Notes under the pieces: generated by a model
The model's database searches: none
What the model saw: the letters and a program-made list of their open reading frames with translations, nothing else
Told to the model about the DNA's origin: nothing
Made by a program: the position numbers and the translations under genes
In this document: piece by piece, positions 25,909 to 32,000 of the stretch
Position numbering within the stretch: the stretch's first letter is position 1
Layout of the letters: every line of letters begins with the position of its first letter
Source of the DNA: an uncultured Planctomycetia bacterium
Lineage (GTDB): Bacteria > Omnitrophota > Gorgyraeia > Duberdicusellales > 4484-171
Length of the DNA stretch: 32,000 nucleotides
Reading direction: 5' to 3'
NCBI GenBank assembly: GCA_964536865.1
Contig: CAZHYN010000016.1
Span: 9,305 to 41,304 of the forward strand

Positions 25909-26278
25909 GATTTTAGTTATTGATGATGAGCATCAGATTTTAGATATTTTGGAGAGATTTCTAACTAAGATGGGGTTTCAAGTTATTACTGCCTTGGGAG
26001 GAGAAGAGGGAATAAAAGCAATTAATTCTCAGGATGTGGATCTTATTCTCTTAGATATGAAGATGCCTAAAGTAACAGGAATTGATGTATTGAAAGAATT
26101 AAAAGAGAGAGAAAAGAAGGTTCCTGTTATTATTTTAAGTGGTTCTTTAGGGGTAGTAAGAGAAGTCCATCTTCTAGAAGAGTTAGGGCATACTCAGGAA
26201 GATATTGTTACCAAACCTATAGACCTTTTTAATCTCCTAGAAAAAGTTAGGAGCAAATTACCTAGAGAGATTGTTTAG
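25901..26278 (+). CDS. Single-domain response regulator (CheY-like receiver)
   Basis: ILVIDDE, LILLDMKMP, IILSGS and VTKPID: all canonical receiver residues. 8-nt overlap (ATGGCTAA) with the kinase gene. Confidence 0.9.
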   Translation: MAKILVIDDEHQILDILERFLTKMGFQVITALGGEEGIKAINSQDVDLILLDMKMPKVTGIDVLKELKEREKKVPVIILSGSLGVVREVHLLEELGHTQEDIVTKPIDLFNLLEKVRSKLPREIV

Positions 26279-26283
26279 CTTCT

Positions 26284-27060
26284 ATGGGGCAGAGGGTTTT
26301 AATTGTAGATAGTGACATAGAGGCACGCAATACTTTTTATGAGATACTTTCTTCCTTAAATTATGAGCCTACCTGTGTACCCACAGCTAAAGAAGCTCTA
26401 AACAGACTTACTGAGGAGAGGTTTGATCTTATCATTTTAGAGAGAGATATGCCTGATTTAGATGGGGTAGATATTGTCAGGAAGATAAGGGAATTTGATA
26501 AGGATACTAAGATTGTGTTACTCTCTCGAGAAGATCCAGAAAGATCTATTTTATCTTTAGCTCATCAGTTAAATATCCAGAGGGTGTTAAAAAAGGACTT
26601 CTCTACTCATATGATGATGAGAGATATACTAGGTACTTTAAGAGAAAAGCGCTCATCTCCTCAACCTTCTTCTCTTTTTAAAAATTTCTCTATTCTCATA
26701 GTTGATGATAATCCTCAGGTAAGAGAAACTCTTCAGATTTTCCTAGAGAAAAAGGGTTTTAAAGTTCTAACAGCATCTTCCGGAGAAGATGCTGTTATGA
26801 AAGTGAAGCTGGGGGAGCCTAAGGTAGTTATTTTGGATATAAGGATGCCAGGAATGGATGGGGTAGTAGTGTTAAGAAATATAAAACAACTCAATCCTTC
26901 TATCAAAGTGATCGTGCTTACTTCAGTTAGAGATGATTATATCATGAAGGAAGCTCGGCGAGAAGGAGCTTCTGAGTATTTGGTTAAACCTTATGATCTT
27001 GAAAAATTAGATAATATAATTACTTCTTTACTTTTACAAAAAAGGAGTGAAGATGGATAA
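26284..27060 (+). CDS. Dual-receiver protein (degenerate REC + canonical REC), no output domain
   Basis: REC1 is VLIVDSD...LIILERDMPDLDG, with Glu53 at the acceptor position. REC2 is ILIVDDN...VVILDIRMPGMDG...VLTS...LVKPYD, which is canonical. Confidence 0.88.
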   Translation: MGQRVLIVDSDIEARNTFYEILSSLNYEPTCVPTAKEALNRLTEERFDLIILERDMPDLDGVDIVRKIREFDKDTKIVLLSREDPERSILSLAHQLNIQRVLKKDFSTHMMMRDILGTLREKRSSPQPSSLFKNFSILIVDDNPQVRETLQIFLEKKGFKVLTASSGEDAVMKVKLGEPKVVILDIRMPGMDGVVVLRNIKQLNPSIKVIVLTSVRDDYIMKEARREGASEYLVKPYDLEKLDNIITSLLLQKRSEDG

Positions 27061-27799
27061 GAAAATCTTAGTCGCTGAAGGTGAAGTGGGAATTCGTCAA
27101 CAATTCTATGATAGTTTAACGCATGCAGGTTATAAAGTAGTAACTACTCATCACGGAAAGCATGCATTCGAACTATTTACTACTCAGAAGCCAGATTTAG
27201 TGCTTCTAGATTATGCTCTTTCTGATGAAAGTGGTATTGAGGTACTTAGGAAAATAAAAGAGATAGATAAAAAAGCAAAAGTAGTTATGCTTGGTAGTCC
27301 TGTTGAATCAGAGTTAGAGAAGGAAGCACGACTATTAGGAGCTAGTGGTTTTCTTCCTAAAAGTTTAGAAGGAGGAGCTATTGTTGAAGCAGTTGATCGG
27401 ATAATGGGAAAATCAATCGAGGAGAGAAAAATTCTAGTAGTCGATGATGATTCTCAAATTTGCTCTCTCATAGAAGATTTCTTAACGAAAAAAGGATTCA
27501 GAGTAATCGTTGCCTATAGTGGTGAGGAGGGTTTGGAGAAATTTAAAAAAGAGAGACCAATTTTGGTTCTTCTTGATGTAAGGTTACCAGGTATGGATGG
27601 GATAATGACTCTAAAACGAATTAAAGAGATTGACCCCCGAGTAGGAGTAATTATGGTAACCGGCCTAAAAGATGAAGATACCTTTAATGAAGCAAAGAAA
27701 TTAGGTGCTCACGAGTATGTGGTGAAACCTTTTGATTTAGATTATTTAGATACCTGTGTCCTTGTACGTCTGTGTCTTGTTTCAGCTCTTTTAAGATAA
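27053..27799 (+). CDS. Dual-receiver protein (degenerate REC + canonical REC), paralog of 26284-27060
   Basis: REC1 is ILVAEGE...LVLLDYALSDESG: the acidic pair is lost and the acceptor Asp is kept. REC2 is ILVVDDD...LVLLDVRLPGMDG...MVTG...VVKPFD. ATG at 27053 follows AAGGAG and gives an 8-nt ATGGATAA overlap; the track's GTG at 27047 is less likely. Confidence 0.88.
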   Translation: MDKKILVAEGEVGIRQQFYDSLTHAGYKVVTTHHGKHAFELFTTQKPDLVLLDYALSDESGIEVLRKIKEIDKKAKVVMLGSPVESELEKEARLLGASGFLPKSLEGGAIVEAVDRIMGKSIEERKILVVDDDSQICSLIEDFLTKKGFRVIVAYSGEEGLEKFKKERPILVLLDVRLPGMDGIMTLKRIKEIDPRVGVIMVTGLKDEDTFNEAKKLGAHEYVVKPFDLDYLDTCVLVRLCLVSALLR

Positions 27800-27825
27800 C
27801 TTTTTGGTTAACTCTTATGTAGAAG

Positions 27826-29157
27826 ATGGAAGGAGAGAAGGTTAAAGTATTCCTTGTTGAAGATGATTTTTCGGTGTTTTCTCTCGTTAAGGAGATGTTA
27901 GCTAAATTGAGAGGTTACTCTCTGGAAGTAGATGGAGCACCTAGCTTAAATGAGAGTATAGAGAAACTGCAGAGTAAAAAGGTAGATGTTATTCTTTTAG
28001 ATCTAAATCTACCAGATAGCAAGGGTGAAGATACTTTTTTGAAGTTATACCAGAAATTTCCTCAACTTCCTGTAGTAGTTCTTACTGGTTTTGATGATGA
28101 AGAGTTGGCTGTTAAAGTAGTACGCCAAGGTGCTCAGGATTATTTGGTAAAAAGTAGAGTGGATGCTTATCTAATGATGAAGGCTATTTCTTACGCTATC
28201 GAACGTAAGCGGATAGAGGAAGCGTTACGGAAGGCACGTGATGAATTAGAGCTACGAGTTAAGGAGCGGACTGCAGAACTAGTAAGAGTTAATGAATATC
28301 TTAAACAAGAGATAGAGGAGCGTAAGAGAAAAGAGGAAGAATTACGTATTACCTATATTAAATTAAAGGAAGCTCAACAACAGTTAATTCAATCAGCAAA
28401 GATGGAGGCGGTGGGAGTTTTAGCTGGTGGTGTAGCCCACGAGGTTAAAAATCCTTTAGCAATCATTCTTCAGGGAATTGAATATCTCTCTAAGAAGATT
28501 GAAACTGATAACGAGAATATAAAATCTACTTTAAAATATATGAAAGAAGCAGTGATAAGAGCAGACACTATTGTTAAGGGACTCTTAGATTTCTCTAGAA
28601 TTTCCAAACTGGATATAGCTAAATATAACATTAATTCATTAATAGAGAATTGCTTATTACTAATGAAACATCAGCTTGATAGACACCATATTCGTGTGAT
28701 AAAAGAGTTAGGGGAAGATACCCCTGAACTTAATGTAGATAAGAGTAAGATAGAACAGGTATTCATAAATATTTTTATGAATGCTGTTCATGCTATGCCA
28801 GAAGGAGGAGAGCTTATCGTAAGAAGCTATGTTAAATCTCTAACCGAAGATACTCTACCTTTCCAAGTTGAAGGGAAAGAGAAATTTAATCTTGGTGAGA
28901 AAGTAGTGGTAGTTGAAATAGAGGATACAGGTAGTGGTATTCCTCAGGAACTTTTAGATAAAGTGTTTGATCCTTTTTTTACTACTAAACGTGCTAAGGG
29001 AGGTACAGGTTTAGGTCTATCTATAGTGAGAAATATAATGGAGATGCATAATGGAAGGATAGATATCAGAAATAGAAACGAAGGGGGTGTGATTGTGAGT
29101 TTGTTATTTAAAAGAGGAGGAGGCCAATATGGAGAAAAAGAAGATACTAGTAGTTGA
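27826..29157 (+). CDS. Hybrid REC-coiled coil-histidine kinase
   Basis: N-terminal receiver FLVEDD...VILLDLNLPDSKG...VLTG...LVKS, a long charged helix, H-box GGVAHEVKNPL, N-box IFMNAVHAM, G1 IEDTGSGIP and G2 GGTGLGLS. Confidence 0.9.
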   Translation: MEGEKVKVFLVEDDFSVFSLVKEMLAKLRGYSLEVDGAPSLNESIEKLQSKKVDVILLDLNLPDSKGEDTFLKLYQKFPQLPVVVLTGFDDEELAVKVVRQGAQDYLVKSRVDAYLMMKAISYAIERKRIEEALRKARDELELRVKERTAELVRVNEYLKQEIEERKRKEEELRITYIKLKEAQQQLIQSAKMEAVGVLAGGVAHEVKNPLAIILQGIEYLSKKIETDNENIKSTLKYMKEAVIRADTIVKGLLDFSRISKLDIAKYNINSLIENCLLLMKHQLDRHHIRVIKELGEDTPELNVDKSKIEQVFINIFMNAVHAMPEGGELIVRSYVKSLTEDTLPFQVEGKEKFNLGEKVVVVEIEDTGSGIPQELLDKVFDPFFTTKRAKGGTGLGLSIVRNIMEMHNGRIDIRNRNEGGVIVSLLFKRGGGQYGEKEDTSS

Positions 29158-29503
29158 TGATGAGGAGAGTTTTGCTCAAATGGTGAAGCTGAATCTCGAA
29201 GAAACAGGGAAATATGAGGTTATGGTAGAAACTAAAGGCAAGGAGGCTATACTTACTGCTAAGAGATTTAAGCCTGATTTAATATTTTTAGATATAGTAA
29301 TGCCTGATGTAGACGGGGGTGAAATTGTGCAAAAGATGAAGTCCGATGAGGATTTAAAAGATACCCCTGTGGTATTTCTTACTGCTTTAGTTACAGAGAA
29401 AGAAGTAAAGTCCCAAGAAGGAGTTATAGCTGGACGCCCCTTTTTAGCCAAGCCAGTAACTACCCAACAACTTATTGAGTATATTGAAAAATATATAAGA
29501 TAA
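29129..29503 (+). CDS. Single-domain response regulator (CheY-like receiver)
   Basis: ILVVDDEE, LIFLDIVMPDVDG, VVFLTAL and LAKPV. GAGGAGG SD. 29-nt overlap with the kinase gene. Confidence 0.9.
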   Translation: MEKKKILVVDDEESFAQMVKLNLEETGKYEVMVETKGKEAILTAKRFKPDLIFLDIVMPDVDGGEIVQKMKSDEDLKDTPVVFLTALVTEKEVKSQEGVIAGRPFLAKPVTTQQLIEYIEKYIR

Positions 29504-29537
29504 ACTTACTTCTCTTCGTTTTAGGAGCTACAAATAG

Positions 29538-30344
29538 ATGAGGAACAAGTTGTTACCTTATTTTCCAGATTTCTTTTATAACCTCTCTAGAGTAAAAATT
29601 ACTTCTATCCTTATTACCATTAATGTAGGGATATTTCTCATTATCCATATTATTCCTAGCTTTCCTTGGGTTTACCTATTAGGTCTGGTGCCTAGTTTGG
29701 TATTTTCTAAGTTAATGTTTTGGCAATTCTTTACTTATATGTTTATCCATGTAGGGGTTATGCATCTTGCAATAAATATGCTGATGTTATGGTTCTTTGC
29801 TTCTGGTATAGAGAGTTTATGGGGGAAGAAAAAGTTTTTATTTTACTATTTTTTTACCGGTGTAGGCGCAGGTTTTTGTAGTTTTCTTTTTTCAGGGGCT
29901 CCCTATACGGTAGTGATTGGTGCTTCAGGGGCGATCTTTGGGATTTTAGTGGCTTACGCAGTGATGTACCCTGAGAGTACGATTTTGTTGTTCTTTTTCT
30001 TTCCCATGAAGATGAAGTATGCTATTTTGGTATTAGGGGGAATAAATCTTTTAGGGGCTCTTTTCTCTCCCGGGAGTGGTATTGCTTATCTTGCTCATTT
30101 AGGAGGAGCTCTTTTTGGATATATTTATTTAAAAAGAGAACTACTATTCTTTAAGTTTTCTCACTCCTTTTTTCTTTTTAAACAATGGTTAATAAGGAAA
30201 AGAGAATATAGAAAAAAACTATATCAGGACAAGATTAAGAAGGAAGTCGATCGTATCTTAGACAAAATAGCTAAACACGGAACAGCTAGCCTTAGTAAAG
30301 AGGAAAAGAAATTTTTGAAACTTAAGAGCGAAGATTATTTTTGA
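29538..30344 (+). CDS. Rhomboid-family intramembrane serine protease with a Lys-rich cytoplasmic tail
   Basis: Catalytic Ser motif GASGAIFG and His motif AHLGGALFG, with six or more hydrophobic helices. It lies 34 nt downstream of the two-component operon. Confidence 0.88.
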   Translation: MRNKLLPYFPDFFYNLSRVKITSILITINVGIFLIIHIIPSFPWVYLLGLVPSLVFSKLMFWQFFTYMFIHVGVMHLAINMLMLWFFASGIESLWGKKKFLFYYFFTGVGAGFCSFLFSGAPYTVVIGASGAIFGILVAYAVMYPESTILLFFFFPMKMKYAILVLGGINLLGALFSPGSGIAYLAHLGGALFGYIYLKRELLFFKFSHSFFLFKQWLIRKREYRKKLYQDKIKKEVDRILDKIAKHGTASLSKEEKKFLKLKSEDYF

Positions 30345-30378
30345 TTAAATAGATTATTTATTGACTAATAGAGAATAG

Positions 30379-30407
30379 TTGCTTACCCTAATTGAATGTG
30401 TTATAAT
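30379..30407 (+). promoter_or_regulatory. Extended -10 promoter placing the yqeY ATG at or near the transcript 5' end
   Basis: TTGCTT (30379-30384), 17-nt spacer ending in TGt, then TATAAT (30402-30407). The ATG at 30415 is only 7 nt beyond the -10 box and has no SD. Confidence 0.45.
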
Positions 30408-30414
30408 CAAACCT

Positions 30415-30861
30415 ATGTTAGAAGAAAGAATCTATAAAGATTATTTGCAAGCACTAAAAGATAAGGATAGACATAGAGTTGAGTTTTTAAGCTTCATAAG
30501 AGCAGAGCTTAAAAATGTAGCTATTGAATTGAAGAAGGATAAACTTCAGGATAATCAAGTATGGGAAGTACTTAAAAGACAGAAGAAGCGTCTCTGCGAG
30601 ATTAGAGAATCTGCCCTTTCTTCTAACCGTTCAGATATACTTACAGCTGTAGAAGAGGAGTTGGCAATACTTAATTCTTATTTACCTCAGCCTCTTAGTG
30701 AGACGGAGTTGTCTACAATCATCGATGAGGTGATTTCTCAAGTTGGTGCCACATCTCTTAGGGATGTAGGTAGAGTGATTAAAGCTGTTTTAGAAAAAGT
30801 AGGAGCAAGAACTGAGGCTAAAGAGGTGAGTAGGCTAGTAAAGGAAAAGCTTAAATCTTAA
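30415..30861 (+). CDS. yqeY: GatB/YqeY domain protein
   Basis: MLEERIYKDYLQALKDKD...ELAILNSYLPQPLSE.EL..II.EVI is typical of the ~148-aa YqeY family. The TTG at 30379 would add 12 atypical residues. Confidence 0.85.
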   Translation: MLEERIYKDYLQALKDKDRHRVEFLSFIRAELKNVAIELKKDKLQDNQVWEVLKRQKKRLCEIRESALSSNRSDILTAVEEELAILNSYLPQPLSETELSTIIDEVISQVGATSLRDVGRVIKAVLEKVGARTEAKEVSRLVKEKLKS

Positions 30862-30869
30862 TTTTACTG

Positions 30870-30897
30870 TTGACAACAGCCTTAAAGATAGTATAGT
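30870..30897 (+). promoter_or_regulatory. Sigma-70-type promoter located between the yqeY stop and a strong terminator
   Basis: TTGACA (30870-30875), 16-nt spacer, TATAGT (30892-30897). Confidence 0.5.
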
Positions 30898-30903
30898 AAA
30901 GTA

Positions 30904-30967
30904 AAAAGGGTTGAAGGATCTTAGAGCCGCAAGGCTTCTAAGGTGGTGTAAGCCTTGCGGCTTTTTT
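30904..30967 (+). ncRNA. Candidate ~65-nt short transcript or attenuator leader (promoter to terminator)
   Basis: Defined only by the promoter at 30870-30897 and the intrinsic terminator at 30926-30967. No homology is claimed. Confidence 0.25.
30926..30967 (+). terminator. Rho-independent terminator
   Basis: Perfect 12-bp stem GCCGCAAGGCTT (30926-30937) / AAGCCTTGCGGC (30950-30961), a 12-nt loop, then TTTTTT (30962-30967). Confidence 0.85.
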
Positions 30968-30990
30968 ATTAGTAGGCATGGGGGTTAAGA

Positions 30991-31491
30991 ATGAGACGTA
31001 TACTTCTGATTATGTGTGCAGGGTTAGTTTTTAGTTTCTCTATATATCTAGAAGGAAAAGGGGGCAAGATGATTGTTGAGAATGGAAGAAAGGTTTCTTT
31101 TGATTATGTACTTACAGTAGAAGGAGAAGTTATAGATAAATCTCCACCTGAACAGCCTTTCCAGTATATTCATGGAGAAGGCCAGATTATTCCTGGGTTA
31201 GCTAAGGGCTTAGAAGGTATGAGCGCAGGGGAAGAGAAAGTAATTACCGTTTCTCCTCAAGAGGCTTACGGTTTACGTGATCCCCATGCTTTCTATGAGA
31301 TTTCTTCTAAGTCTTTACCTGAAGATTTAAAACCCAAAATAGGGATGTATCTTCAAATGCGTACCCCAGAAGGGAGGACTCTCCCGGTGAGAATTAGTGA
31401 GATTAAAGAGAACACCGTAGTGCTTGATTTAAACCACCCCTTAGCAGGAAAGACGTTAATTTTTCATGTAAAGATTAGAGAGATTGAGTAG
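30991..31491 (+). CDS. FKBP-type peptidyl-prolyl cis-trans isomerase (SlyD-like with insert-in-flap region)
   Basis: VSFDYVLTVEGEVIDKS, GEGQIIPGLAKGLEGMSAGEEK and LDLNHPLAGKTLIFHVKI. The N-terminal 26 aa look like a signal peptide. An alternative start at 31069 (MIVENG..., preceded by AAGGGGG) would give a cytosolic form. Confidence 0.85.
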   Translation: MRRILLIMCAGLVFSFSIYLEGKGGKMIVENGRKVSFDYVLTVEGEVIDKSPPEQPFQYIHGEGQIIPGLAKGLEGMSAGEEKVITVSPQEAYGLRDPHAFYEISSKSLPEDLKPKIGMYLQMRTPEGRTLPVRISEIKENTVVLDLNHPLAGKTLIFHVKIREIE

Positions 31492-31644
31492 AAGAGGGCA
31501 GAAGTTCGGGAGGGTCTGCTTATACTTTCTTCACCTTCAACCTTTGAAGATATTTAAAAGGAGGTTAGATGATGTAAAGGTTAACAAAGCTAGGCGGGCA
31601 TAGGGAAATTGAAATTTTTCCAATGGAATTTAAGGAGGAGAATA

Positions 31645-31956
31645 ATGGAAGAAGAGAGGAAAATCTATATTGGTAATCTAGAGTATAGTGTAGCAGAAAG
31701 TGATTTAGCAAGAATTTTAGAGAAAAATGGTTTGGAAGCAAAAGATATTACAGTTATAACTGATAGATATACCGGCAGGTCAAAAGGTTTTGGATTTGCA
31801 GAGTTCGATACCGAAGAGGAAGCACAGAAAGCTATAGAGAAACTGAATGGAGAGCAGCTAAATGGGAGAATATTAAGGGTAAGTAAAGCTCAAAAAAGGA
31901 AACCCCGAAGAGATAACTTTAATATGGGTAGATACCCTAGAGGAAGTAGGTATTGA
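31645..31956 (+). CDS. RRM-type RNA-binding protein
   Basis: RNP-2 IYIGNL and RNP-1 KGFGFAEF, with a basic Arg/Gly-rich tail. ATG at 31645 follows TAAGGAGGAG, so it is preferred over the track start at 31609. Confidence 0.88.
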   Translation: MEEERKIYIGNLEYSVAESDLARILEKNGLEAKDITVITDRYTGRSKGFGFAEFDTEEEAQKAIEKLNGEQLNGRILRVSKAQKRKPRRDNFNMGRYPRGSRY

Positions 31957-32000
31957 ATATTAATTCTGTCAGAACTTCACCTTTTCTTAAACTTAAATCC

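Noticed and set aside
1481-29451. Fourteen minus-strand ORFs of 60-117 aa from the track: 1481-1717, 2160-2513, 3220-3420, 4008-4214, 5193-5444, 8654-8875, 9283-9486, 14328-14582, 14725-15036, 17225-17422, 19002-19196, 20437-20694, 24988-25170 and 29176-29451.
   Set aside because: Each lies antisense to, and all but two lie entirely inside, + strand genes with strong family motifs. The two exceptions, 14328-14582 and 19002-19196, each span a short intergenic gap between two + strand genes. Their translations are low-complexity or Ser/Leu/Pro-rich with no motifs, as expected for antisense frames of AT-rich coding DNA.
31508-31530. Possible terminator after the FKBP gene (GCAGA...TCTGC followed by TTATACTTTCTT).
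   Set aside because: The stem is only 5 bp with a 12-nt loop, and the U-tract is poor. It is not convincing.
1-32000. Phage-defence island, CRISPR array, toxin-antitoxin pair, prophage or mobile element.
   Set aside because: I recognised no repeat-spacer array, Cas-like, nuclease/helicase, methyltransferase, integrase, transposase or tRNA attachment site. By eye, composition and codon style are uniform across the window. The unusual content is signalling, sulfur-metabolic and glycan-related rather than defence-like.

Overview
AT-rich (about mid-30s % GC by eye) bacterial chromosomal segment. I saw no rRNA, tRNA, CRISPR array, transposase or integrase. I support 35 protein genes, 34 of them on the + strand, tightly packed with many 4-29 nt start/stop overlaps. 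All domain calls come from motifs read by eye in the supplied translations; no searches were run.

Gene order:
- Housekeeping block (1-5723): nadD 3' end, a stand-alone ACP, phosphohexomutase, plsC, rpsA, tyrS and a PilZ protein.
- Glycan-uptake locus (5799-13749): lipoprotein SBP, two CUT1-type permeases, a TPR-glycosidase lipoprotein, a secreted protein with a duplicated ~175-aa module, and a second paralogous glycosidase.
- Sulfur-centred operon (13855-20064): a 3-Cys Rrf2 regulator followed by cysK, nadA, a TtuA-like enzyme, Thi4, mnmA and an orphan PP-loop protein.
- REC-GAF-HD-GYP protein (20138-21658).
- Small zinc-ribbon membrane protein on the minus strand, divergent from a translationally coupled HExxH metallopeptidase and Ddl-like ATP-grasp pair (21664-24030).
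- A 465-bp gene-free spacer (24031-24495).
- Six-gene two-component operon (24496-29503) with 2 kinase cores and 7 receiver domains but no recognisable output domain.
- Rhomboid protease, yqeY, a promoter-terminator cassette, an FKBP isomerase and an RRM RNA-binding protein (29538-31956).

Most interesting candidates:
- the output-less multi-receiver phosphorelay, including pseudo-receivers with Glu at the acceptor position;
- the peptidase/ATP-grasp pair;
- the sulfide-economy operon;
- the glycan locus with uncharacterised modules.

I saw no recognisable phage-defence or mobile-element signature.
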